Positions 45,255-53,217 of a stretch of DNA of 53,217 nucleotides are shown piece after piece. The notes under the pieces are model-generated. The model was not told the origin of the DNA and made no database searches. It worked only from the letters and a program-made list of their open reading frames with translations. The first letter of the stretch is position 1; every line of letters starts with the position of its first letter. The translations under genes were made by a program, and so were the position numbers. This DNA is from Candidatus Poseidoniaceae archaeon (lineage in GTDB: Archaea > Thermoplasmatota > Poseidoniia > Poseidoniales > Poseidoniaceae), in the NCBI GenBank assembly GCA_023254445.1, contig JALRLN010000002.1, forward strand, positions 1-53,217. Reading direction: 5' to 3'.

Positions 45255-48200
45255 ATGTACCTCAAGGAACTCGTCATGACGGACTTCAAGTCCTTCAGCG
45301 GTGAGGTGGTCATTCCCTTTGACCGCGGATTCACGGCCATCACCGGCCCAAACGGCTCAGGGAAGTCCAACAGCGGCGATGCCATCCAATTCGTGCTTGG
45401 CCCTCGTTCGGCCAAGACGCTGCGTGCGCAGAGTTCGAAGGACCTGATTTTCAACGGTGGCAAACACGGCAAGCCTGCCCGAGGTTGCAGCGTGACCTTG
45501 GTGTTCGCGAACCCGAAGATGGGTGACGGACGCAGAAGGATCCCCCTTGACATGGACGAGGTGACGATGACGAAGCGGGTGCGGTTGACCCCTGCCGGCA
45601 ACGTGGTCACGGCCTACGAACTGAACGAAGAGGAGTCGTCGCTCAAGTCCTTTCACCAACTGCTTGGCGCCGCCAACGCGCGGCCAGATGGGTACAACAT
45701 CGTCCTGCAGGGCGACGTGACGAGCCTGTCAAAGATGAGCCCTGGCGAGCGTCGGAAGGTGCTTGATGACGTCGCCGGCGTGACCACGTACGACGACGAG
45801 ATTCGGAAGGCAGATCGACAGCGCAAGGAGGTGGAAGAATACCTCGAACGCATCGCCCTGATCGAAGAGGAGCAGCGGCGGCACCTCAAGGTCCTCGACG
45901 GTGAGCGCAAATCTGCCCAGAAAGCCATCGAAATTCGAGAGGAACTCGTGGCCGCGAAGGCGGTCCTTTGGCGGGCCAAGGTTGCAGGTCAGAAGGCGAC
46001 GCTGGACCACCAGCGCCGCGAAATTCAGCGGAACCTCAGCGACGCAGCCGAACTCGAACAGCAGGTGTCCACCGCAGCGAAGAACTTGCTCGCACTTGAC
46101 GACGCCATCGCGGAACTCACCCGTCAGATTCAGGACCAACTCGGTGGCGGTGGAGAAGCACTGCAAGCCGAAATCAACAGGCTGGCTGTCGCCGTGGAAA
46201 CCGCCGGAGACAGGTTGTCGGACCTTGCGGCCAACGACGAGGAAGCGCTGGTTCAGAAAGCACGCCTTGAGGAGGATTTGGAAGGCGCAAACAGCGCACT
46301 GGATGAGGCGGTTGCCGCGCTCGATGCGGCCACAGCCATGCACGAAGAAGCATCGGCCGCGTTGGCGAAGGCGCGTGAGGAAGAGGCATCGGTCAAAGCC
46401 CTCCTGGCCACATCCGACAAGGACGTCGCGTTGCTTGCCCGCCACGCCAAGGCTGCGGAGGAGGAGGTGGAAAACGCCCGTGCGGCCCTCGCCAACGCTC
46501 AGACCGACGTCGACCGGTCCGCGACAGCCGGGGAACTCCTGCTCGACGAACAGCATCGCTTAGAGGAAGCCCTCGGTGCAGCCCGGATGAACCTCGCTGA
46601 ATGCGAACTGCAGGGGGAGGATCTGAAGAACGCGGCCGCAGGCAACGACCGTGAGAGCCTCGGTCAGGAACTCATCACCGTGCAGCGCCTTGAGTCACGG
46701 TTGACCGAGGAATCGGAAGCCGTTGAATCGCGCCTGCGCAACGTCGAGCGGGACCTTGCTCGAGCCAGGGCCGCGGTTGAATCCCGTGCGGGCGGCAACG
46801 GATTGACCGGTGGCGCAGCCGCAGTCCTGCAGGCAAGAGACCGGGGGGAACTCGACGGCGTGCTGGGGACCATCGCCGAACTCTGCGCTCCAAAAGATGA
46901 CGCACATACGGTATCGCTGTCAACCGCCATCGGGAGCGGCATGATGTCCGTGGTCGTCGAAACCGATGAAGTCGCGGCGCGTGCGATTCGTTGGCTGAAG
47001 CAAAACAACGCTGGGCGAGCCACCTTCCTGCCCCTCAACAAGATCAACCCGGGTCGGCCCGCAGGCCGAGCGGTGATGGTGGCCCGTCAGTCCGGCGTCG
47101 TTGGTTTCGCCCATGACCTGCTCGACCACGATCCTCGCATCGAATCGGCGGTCCGCCTCGTGCTCCGCAACACGCTCATCGTTCAGGACCTGGCCACCGC
47201 CCGAGCCAACATGGGGGGCGTCCGCCTCGTGACCTTGGACGGCAGCGTTACGGAAGCAGGGGGTGCCATGACGGGGGGTGCCGCTCGGCGAAGCAGCCTC
47301 AGTTTCGGCGGCAAGGTGGAGGGGGCAAGTGAAGTGGATCGCCTCTCGAAGGAGGTCGAGCGGCTCATCTCGATGGCTGAGGACGTCAACGCCAAAGTCC
47401 GTGCAGCAAGGCAAACGCAAGCCGACATCCGGAACCGGCTCTCTGAGGTCGCCAACAACGATGCTGCGGCCAACCTTGCTGCGTGGAAGAGCGAACTTGC
47501 CTCAGCCAAGGCCAACGTTGCCCGAGAGGAAGGCCAATTGGCCGCCCTGCATGCCCGATTGGAGGAGTTTGAGAGCGACGGCCGGCGCCATCTCGCCCTC
47601 CGCGCTCAGGCTCAGCAGCGTCTTGATGCCGCCTTGGCGAGCAAGTCCGACGCGGATGCCGCCCTTCAAGATGCAAGCCCTCAGCACCTTCGCGACCGCC
47701 TGCACGCAGCGGAAATGTCGCGGTCCGAAGCGAACGCGACGCTCGAGCGGCAGGCCGAAGCGATCCGCGGTTCCGAGGAGCGCAAGGGCTTCCTCGCATC
47801 GCAGACCGATGATCTGGTTTCGCGGTTGGACGACATCCTGGCGTCCATGGCGACGAGGGCGGCCCAACGGGAGCGCCTTCAGGAACAGATGGAGCAGGAC
47901 CGGAAGGCCCTCGAAGTCAAGCAGGAAGAGCGTCGATCCCTGCTCGAAGAGCACCAAGGCCTCGAGGACGAACGTGTGCGCTTGTCCGATGAGCGGGCCA
48001 CCCTCCGTGCTGCTTCCGAGCAGCGCGCGGCCCAAGCACGCTCGTGCCGGCATCATGCCGAGGAACTCAACCGCCTTGTTGGGGCCAGCGAACGTGCCTT
48101 GGCAGAACTTCGTGCTGCGATGGTTGAGGAGGGCGTGGCCGATGCCGTGGACGAAGAGGAAGTCCTGCCCACCGTTGCTGAAGGTGAGAACAACGTCCGC

Positions 48201-49091
48201 CGCCTGGAACGGCGCATCGACAACCTTGGTTCCGTGAATTGGCTTGCCTTGGAGCAATACGATGCATGCCAGGCTCGGTTGGACGACATCAGCAAGGACA
48301 ACACGAAACTCAAGGCACGCCGGAAGGACCTCCTCGAACTCGCTGAACAACTCGATGAGCAACGAACGGTTCGGCTGAAGGACGTCCTCGCTCGCGTGAA
48401 CGAGAACTTCCAGCGGGTGTACAAGACCCTCTCGAAGGGTGGCGAAGGCGAACTCTTCCTTGAGGACCCTGACCAACCTTTCTCCGGAGGCCTTGACATG
48501 TGGGCTCGCCCTCGTGGAAAGTCAAGCCGCTGCCGATTGCAGGGGCTATCTGGGGGAGAACAATCGATGGCTGCGCTGGCGCTCATCTTTGCGATTCAGG
48601 ATTACGATCCCAGCCCCTTCTACTACTTCGATGAGGTCGACCAGAACCTGGATTCGGACAACGCTCGCCTCATCGCTCAGATGTGCCGGACGCGTTCGGA
48701 GCGGGCGCAATTCATCATGGTCACCTTGAGGAAGGTGAGCCTCAGCCTTGCTGACCATCATATTGGCGTCACGCACGGTGGCGACGGGTGCAGCCGTCGC
48801 ATCATGGACTTCGACAGGCAACGTGCGCTGGCGTTGGGTGCGGCGGCAGAGGAAGCAGCAGCAGCCGACGCCGCGAAGAACGCCGATCGGGCGGTCGAGG
48901 CCTTCGCCTTCCAGCAAGCCATGCCCACCGTTCCAGAGTCGTTGGCGACACCTTCCAGCCTTGAGGGCCTGATGTCGCGTGCAGAGGCCTCGTCTGAGGC
49001 AAGCGAAACGTTGCTCGAGGCAGAACCATCCGCGGACCCTGCCGATCAACTCGAAGGCGCCGCAACCGTTGACCTCGTCGAGGAACCGTGA
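45255..49091 (+). CDS. smc: Chromosome segregation ATPase SMC
   Basis: GGAGGG lies upstream of ATG 45255. Motifs ITGPNGSGKSN (Walker A), long coiled coils, a hinge, LSGGEQSMAALALIFA (signature) and FYYFDEVDQNLD (Walker B). It ends in an acidic C-terminal tail of about 88 aa. Confidence 0.93.
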   Translation: MYLKELVMTDFKSFSGEVVIPFDRGFTAITGPNGSGKSNSGDAIQFVLGPRSAKTLRAQSSKDLIFNGGKHGKPARGCSVTLVFANPKMGDGRRRIPLDMDEVTMTKRVRLTPAGNVVTAYELNEEESSLKSFHQLLGAANARPDGYNIVLQGDVTSLSKMSPGERRKVLDDVAGVTTYDDEIRKADRQRKEVEEYLERIALIEEEQRRHLKVLDGERKSAQKAIEIREELVAAKAVLWRAKVAGQKATLDHQRREIQRNLSDAAELEQQVSTAAKNLLALDDAIAELTRQIQDQLGGGGEALQAEINRLAVAVETAGDRLSDLAANDEEALVQKARLEEDLEGANSALDEAVAALDAATAMHEEASAALAKAREEEASVKALLATSDKDVALLARHAKAAEEEVENARAALANAQTDVDRSATAGELLLDEQHRLEEALGAARMNLAECELQGEDLKNAAAGNDRESLGQELITVQRLESRLTEESEAVESRLRNVERDLARARAAVESRAGGNGLTGGAAAVLQARDRGELDGVLGTIAELCAPKDDAHTVSLSTAIGSGMMSVVVETDEVAARAIRWLKQNNAGRATFLPLNKINPGRPAGRAVMVARQSGVVGFAHDLLDHDPRIESAVRLVLRNTLIVQDLATARANMGGVRLVTLDGSVTEAGGAMTGGAARRSSLSFGGKVEGASEVDRLSKEVERLISMAEDVNAKVRAARQTQADIRNRLSEVANNDAAANLAAWKSELASAKANVAREEGQLAALHARLEEFESDGRRHLALRAQAQQRLDAALASKSDADAALQDASPQHLRDRLHAAEMSRSEANATLERQAEAIRGSEERKGFLASQTDDLVSRLDDILASMATRAAQRERLQEQMEQDRKALEVKQEERRSLLEEHQGLEDERVRLSDERATLRAASEQRAAQARSCRHHAEELNRLVGASERALAELRAAMVEEGVADAVDEEEVLPTVAEGENNVRRLERRIDNLGSVNWLALEQYDACQARLDDISKDNTKLKARRKDLLELAEQLDEQRTVRLKDVLARVNENFQRVYKTLSKGGEGELFLEDPDQPFSGGLDMWARPRGKSSRCRLQGLSGGEQSMAALALIFAIQDYDPSPFYYFDEVDQNLDSDNARLIAQMCRTRSERAQFIMVTLRKVSLSLADHHIGVTHGGDGCSRRIMDFDRQRALALGAAAEEAAAADAAKNADRAVEAFAFQQAMPTVPESLATPSSLEGLMSRAEASSEASETLLEAEPSADPADQLEGAATVDLVEEP

Positions 49092-49100
49092 GGGTTGAGC

Positions 49101-50228
49101 ATGGAGCAAACCCTCCTCGACAGTTGGTTCCTCAGGCAGGACATTGTTGACCGCTTGCTTCGTGCGGGAACGGAGGGTGAGGAGGCTTCCGCGTTCGGTG
49201 ACCGAATTCTTCGGATTGCCACGTCGGAGGGAGCGGTTCACCAGTCGATGTCGGACCCCGTTGACCGTTCGATTGCGCTGGTCTTGTCGCTCGTTCGTGA
49301 AGAAGGACTCGATGCCTGGGACATCGACCTTGAGGCCTTCTTGGAGATCTTCACCGAGCGCGTTCGCGAGGAAGCGGAATCCGTGGACCTCCCGTCCTGT
49401 GGTCGCTTGATGCGGCTGGCATGGGAGGTGTTGGGCGAGCAAACCCTGCGGGTCTACACGAAGGCCACGACGCTGGAGGAGGAGGTCGACGAGATGAACT
49501 TCGAGATGGATTTCGGCTGGGAAGTTGACGTCGACGACGATGCCTTCGCGTTCACCACAAGCGTGCTGGAAGGCTCTGCTGATGATGTCCTTCCGACGTT
49601 GTTCGACGGTCGATTGCGCCGGCCAGAAGGGCGACCAACCACACTCAGCGAGCTTCTTGCGGCCTTCAAGGACGCCGCCGACGAAGCCGAGCACCTTCAG
49701 CAGCGTGAGGACGCTCGCGCGGCTGCGGAAGCCGAACTCCGTGCCCACCTCGACGACGTCGGGGGGCGAATGCACGACGAAGACCTCGAAGGCGACATCG
49801 AGCGATGTTGGAACGCGCTTCGAAAGGCGTTGAGCGAGCATGGTGGGCACGCTGTACCGATCGACTTCGTGGTCCACCACCTCGAGGCGGACGACCCCGA
49901 AGCGGCTGCCACCCTTGGCGGTCGCAGCGAGGGCAACGTGGCGGCCTTCATCGCGAGCCTTTTTCTCGTTCACCGCCGCTTGGTTGATGTCGTTCAAGAG
50001 CACGTACCAGAGGGCCCTGTGCTTGTGCGTGACCTCTGGCCAGGCATGGCGAGTTACGCAGAGGTGCGGTCGCACATTGAGGCCCTCGAAGCGAGCGAGG
50101 AAGCATCCCGTGGCCGGCCGCCCATCGTCGGTCGGGCTGCAGCGGCCGCGGAAGCGCAGCACGTTCCGACGTCGGATGCAGAAGCGATGTCGGAAGAGGA
50201 CGACCCCGCCGATTGGTTGGTCGAGTGA
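49101..50228 (+). CDS. scpA: Segregation and condensation protein A (kleisin)
   Basis: IALVLSLVREEGLDAWDIDLEAFLEIF N-terminal kleisin motif. Position between smc and scpB. It is longer than typical because of acidic inserts. Confidence 0.8.
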   Translation: MEQTLLDSWFLRQDIVDRLLRAGTEGEEASAFGDRILRIATSEGAVHQSMSDPVDRSIALVLSLVREEGLDAWDIDLEAFLEIFTERVREEAESVDLPSCGRLMRLAWEVLGEQTLRVYTKATTLEEEVDEMNFEMDFGWEVDVDDDAFAFTTSVLEGSADDVLPTLFDGRLRRPEGRPTTLSELLAAFKDAADEAEHLQQREDARAAAEAELRAHLDDVGGRMHDEDLEGDIERCWNALRKALSEHGGHAVPIDFVVHHLEADDPEAAATLGGRSEGNVAAFIASLFLVHRRLVDVVQEHVPEGPVLVRDLWPGMASYAEVRSHIEALEASEEASRGRPPIVGRAAAAAEAQHVPTSDAEAMSEEDDPADWLVE

Positions 50229-50237
50229 GGTGATGGC

Positions 50238-50843
50238 ATGACGGAAGTTCCTGTTGAGCACCTCGTCGAAGCCATGCTGTTCACTGCAGGCAAATCGTTG
50301 TCCCCGGGGGAACTTGCCGAAACGCTTGGGTACGAACAGGACGAAGTTGAGCAGGTCCTTCAGGCACTGAAGGCGACCATCGGCCGCCGTCGAACACCCC
50401 TTCACCTCGTTGACGTGGGCGGGCGTTGGGCCATGGAGGTTCGCCCGGAGGTCGCCACGCACCTCCCGAAGGAGACGAAAACCGACCTCCCCCCGCGCTT
50501 GCTGAAAGCCGCCTCCCTCATCGCCTACCACCAGCCGATGCCCCAGTCCCGGTTGGTGGAGATGCTGGGTCAGCGTGCCTACGATCACGTGCGGGAATTG
50601 GCTCAACGAGGCATGGTGCAACGCCGTCGTGACGGAAACACACGTCGATTGTCGACGACACGGCGCTTTTCCGAAGCCTTTGGGTGCCCGCATACGGACC
50701 GAAAGAAGGTCAGGGAATGGTTCCGAGCGCAGGTGGCCGCCTCTGGCATCCTCGACGACGTGCTTGGTTCCGTGGTCGTGCAGGACGCCTCCCAGGAGGA
50801 AGGTACGGTCCAGTCCACGCTGCCGGTGGACGACGAGGCGTGA
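50238..50843 (+). CDS. scpB: Segregation and condensation protein B
   Basis: GAGGTGA SD. VEAMLFTAGKSLSPGELAETLG and a second winged-helix segment (AASLIAYHQPMPQSRLVEMLG). Confidence 0.85.
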   Translation: MTEVPVEHLVEAMLFTAGKSLSPGELAETLGYEQDEVEQVLQALKATIGRRRTPLHLVDVGGRWAMEVRPEVATHLPKETKTDLPPRLLKAASLIAYHQPMPQSRLVEMLGQRAYDHVRELAQRGMVQRRRDGNTRRLSTTRRFSEAFGCPHTDRKKVREWFRAQVAASGILDDVLGSVVVQDASQEEGTVQSTLPVDDEA

Positions 50844-52145
50844 TCACCCCTCGCGCCGGAGCTCATCGAGGATGTTTTGCGCCGTGGTTTGCGTTCGCGG
50901 GCCATCCCACGACGCCAACATCGCAGCAACGCGGTCGATTTCCTCCCCTTCAGCGCCTGCGCTGACGGCCATGTTGCGCGCATGGAGCCGCATGTGCCCC
51001 GCCTGAATGCCGTTCGTGGCCAAAGCCCGCATGGCCCCAAGGTTCTGCGCCAAACCAGCCGCGGCGAGCACGGATGCCAATTGGTCTGCGCCATCGATGC
51101 CCAACAATTCCAGGCTTGCACGAGCGGTTGGGTGCACCTTGCTGGCGCCTCCGACGGTCCCGACCGCCATCGGGGTTTCCAAACGGCCAACCAAGCACCC
51201 GTCCGCGTCTTTGTGCCACGTGGTCATCGACGAGTACGCTCCGGTTCGAACGGCCGCCCACGCGTGGCAGCCAGCCTCGATGGCCCTCCAATCCTGGCCA
51301 CAGGCGATGGCAACGGCTGAGATGGCGTTCATGACGCCCTTGTTGTGCGTTGCAGCGCGGTATGGGTCTGCTGCGGCGAAGGCGTAGGCTTCGAGGATGG
51401 CATCGATGACTTTCGCGCCCTCCTCGGCGTCGCCCTTGTCGTCCATCGATTCTGGCGTGAACCGGGCTTCGATGCGGGCCATGCGCTCTGTCGCGAGGTT
51501 GGACAGGATGCGAAGCAGGACCCGGCCTCCAGTGAGCGCTTCAATCCGCGGAGCGACGAGTTCGGCCATTGTGTTCACCGCGTTGGCCCCCATGGCGTCC
51601 CTCACGTCGACGTGCAGGTGGACCACGAGCATCGGGCCGGTCAGGGCCTCGATTCGGTGGCACGTGAGCCGTCGAAGCCCACCGCCAAGGCGGATCATCG
51701 TCGACGGCCGTTCGTTGCAGAGGCGAAGCAATTCCTCTTCCGCCGCCATGATGGCGTTCTCTGCGGCATCGAAATCCTTCACGTCGAGCACCTGAACCTG
51801 AGCCAGCATCACGGGTGGGTCGTTCGACGAACGGAAGCCCCCCGTATCGCGGCACCGTTTGGCCATGTTCGACGCTGCAGCCACCACACTCGATTCCTCG
51901 ATGGCGAACGGGATGAGGTACTGATCGCCATCGATGAGGAAGTTCGTCGCCACCCCGAGCGGTAGGGTGAATCGACCGATGACGTTCTCGATCATGCGGT
52001 CCGCTGCCTCTTCCGACAAGGCCGCAGCATCCGCGAAGGCGTTCACGGCCTCGTCGCTCAGGTCACAGACCTCGCGGAGGGCTTCGCGTCGCTCCTCGAC
52101 GCTCAGGCGGTAGAGGCCTGCCAGACGGCTTGAGCGTACGGGCAT
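50844..52145 (-). CDS. hmgA: Class II HMG-CoA reductase
   Basis: ENVIGRFTLPLGVATNFLIDGDQYLIPFAIEESSVVAAASNMAKR and DAMGANAVNTMAE match the class II (Pseudomonas mevalonii-type) enzyme. Confidence 0.92.
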   Translation of the reverse strand: MPVRSSRLAGLYRLSVEERREALREVCDLSDEAVNAFADAAALSEEAADRMIENVIGRFTLPLGVATNFLIDGDQYLIPFAIEESSVVAAASNMAKRCRDTGGFRSSNDPPVMLAQVQVLDVKDFDAAENAIMAAEEELLRLCNERPSTMIRLGGGLRRLTCHRIEALTGPMLVVHLHVDVRDAMGANAVNTMAELVAPRIEALTGGRVLLRILSNLATERMARIEARFTPESMDDKGDAEEGAKVIDAILEAYAFAAADPYRAATHNKGVMNAISAVAIACGQDWRAIEAGCHAWAAVRTGAYSSMTTWHKDADGCLVGRLETPMAVGTVGGASKVHPTARASLELLGIDGADQLASVLAAAGLAQNLGAMRALATNGIQAGHMRLHARNMAVSAGAEGEEIDRVAAMLASWDGPRTQTTAQNILDELRREG

Positions 52146-52187
52146 GGTGGAAGGGAGGGGGTCGTGGCATTGAATCCACCGGGGCGA

Positions 52188-52292
52188 TTAACGGGTTGCT
52201 AACGCGTTAGGCATGCGTTGGCTGAGCGTTAGGTGGCGTTATTCCGGGGCCGATTCAAGCCTCCCGCGCTGCGTTCAACGGGTGTTAACGCG
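52188..52292. promoter_or_regulatory. Cluster of six TAACG/CGTTA pentamers including a perfect 12-bp palindrome CTAACGCGTTAG (52199-52210)
   Basis: Copies start at 52189, 52200, 52205, 52227, 52237 and 52286. They lie within the 206-nt divergent spacer between hmgA and the AAA+-like gene. Function not established. Confidence 0.35.
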
Positions 52293-52351
52293 ACGAAGGT
52301 GCTCCTCTGCTCGATGAAGGATGAAATACCCCGTCGCGGTTGGCCGCGGTC

Positions 52352-53217
52352 ATGGTCGAGCCAAACGGGTTTCCTTCGTTGCCGTCCAACCCGTTCGACC
52401 AAAGTCCGCTTGAGGGAGAGGACAGGGACTTGCTCGTTGGTCGAAGCGAGGCCGTAGAAGCGCTCCATTGGGAACTCAAGGAAGCAAGTGGATTCTCCAT
52501 GGTGCTCTTGACGGGGCCACCAGGGTCCGGTCGTACTTCGCTCATGCGCGTGCTCGCTGCTGGAGTTCGCCGTTCCACCCACATCGTGAGCGTGGATCAA
52601 GGTCCCGGCGAAGTGACCAACCTCATCCATCAAATTCACCAGGCCTTCGTCAAGGGCGAGGCTCCAGCAACGGTTGACGAAGCCATGGGTCAGATCAAGG
52701 CGACCCTTCGACGCGACACGAGCCCGGCCCTCGTGGTGCTTGATTTGCCATCGTTGGATGGCGCACGCCTGCCGACCTTGCTCAGTGCAGCCATGCCGTA
52801 CCTTGAGCGTCTCCCTGCGGTCTTCGTTGTCGTCACAACGCCCGCACACGCTGCGAGGTTTGGCGACGTGCAGTCCAAATTCAACAGGGAAATCCCGCTT
52901 GGCGATCTTTCCACGTCCTCCATTTCGGACTTGATCGATGCTCGCGTGCGTCGTCTGTCGCCCTCGGGGTGGCGGCCGCACGCCAGTTGGATTGAGGCCA
53001 GCCTTGGGCACGTACCCCCCCAGCCCCGTGACATCGTGGCGCACCTTCGCAAGGCCTTCGATGCCCATCGTCGTGGGTCGAGAAACGCAGGAGGCGCTCC
53101 CGCTGCCCCGTCCGTCGTGGGCGCGGAGGCCAACGGAGGCACGTATTTCGAAACGGTTGAGGCGCAAGCCCTCGACTTTGACATGTCCATGTTGGACGGG
53201 GACCGGGAGCGTGATGC
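52352..53217 (+). CDS. AAA+-like (Orc1/Cdc6- or Arch_ATPase-like) protein, 3'-truncated by window edge; not in the supplied ORF track
   Basis: Hand translation of the frame containing position 52352 is open from the TGA at 52322 to the window end. It reads MVEPNGFPSLPSNPFDQSPLEGEDRDLLVGRSEAVEALHWELKEASGFSMVLLTGPPGSGRTSLMRVLA...PALVVLDLPSLDG...VFVVVTTP...REIPLGDLSTSSISDLIDARV. The listed antisense ORFs here are R/S/P-rich. Confidence 0.7.
   Translation, partial: MVEPNGFPSLPSNPFDQSPLEGEDRDLLVGRSEAVEALHWELKEASGFSMVLLTGPPGSGRTSLMRVLAAGVRRSTHIVSVDQGPGEVTNLIHQIHQAFVKGEAPATVDEAMGQIKATLRRDTSPALVVLDLPSLDGARLPTLLSAAMPYLERLPAVFVVVTTPAHAARFGDVQSKFNREIPLGDLSTSSISDLIDARVRRLSPSGWRPHASWIEASLGHVPPQPRDIVAHLRKAFDAHRRGSRNAGGAPAAPSVVGAEANGGTYFETVEAQALDFDMSMLDGDRERD

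Noticed and set aside
52229-53190. Minus-strand ORFs 52229-53167 (312 aa) and 52690-53190 (166 aa)
   Set aside because: Their translations are R/G/P/S-rich and motif-free. The plus strand carries a clean AAA+-like reading frame with ordered Walker A, Walker B and sensor-like elements that runs off the window.
1-53217. Mobile elements, CRISPR arrays, rRNA genes, toxin-antitoxin pairs or recognisable defence systems
   Set aside because: I did not recognise any. There are no transposase or integrase motifs, no regularly spaced repeats, no rRNA-like sequence, and intergenic spacers are mostly under 120 nt.

Overview
GC-rich, gene-dense archaeal chromosomal segment: about 46 protein genes and one tRNA. 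I saw no IS element, integrase, CRISPR array or prophage. Archaeal identity is supported by several recognisable genes. These are a complete A-type ATP synthase operon in the canonical order atpH-I-K-E-C-F-A-B-D, the archaeal ADH-synthase / DHQ-synthase-II route to aromatic amino acids, PurP, RNA polymerase subunit K, a GHMP-type shikimate kinase and smc-scpA-scpB. A class-II HMG-CoA reductase, aerobic functions (CtaA/CtaB, a CoxL/CoxM-like Mo-hydroxylase, tryptophan 2,3-dioxygenase, NadB) and many acidic, sequon-rich, membrane-anchored surface proteins are compatible with an aerobic heterotrophic Thermoplasmatota / Marine Group II-like organism. That lineage call is inference only. Most of the window is housekeeping. 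The parts that known families do not explain are listed here.
1. A tRNA-Ser-proximal locus encodes a prepilin-like protein with a lamin-tail domain. It is followed by three tightly coupled KaiC/RecA-fold genes, of which only the first keeps a P-loop (26.4-29.9 kb).
2. A TATA- and SD-equipped two-gene unit encodes a 70-aa two-helix membrane peptide coupled to a 693-aa Trp-rich protein with no motif I can recognise (15.3-17.7 kb).
3. An 830-aa polytopic protein looks like a site-2 protease that has lost all three zinc ligands and gained a large extracellular domain (39.3-41.8 kb).
4. A membrane-anchored coiled-coil protein carries a DLDLHV-type (DUF2135-like) module (14.0-15.3 kb).
5. A MoxR ATPase has a roughly 53-residue Pro/Ala N-terminal repeat.
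6. The last intergenic region holds a dense TAACG/CGTTA motif array. It is followed by an AAA+-like gene missing from the ORF track because it runs off the window end.
The many long antisense ORFs in the track, up to 1292 aa, are treated as stop-poor GC-rich artefacts.
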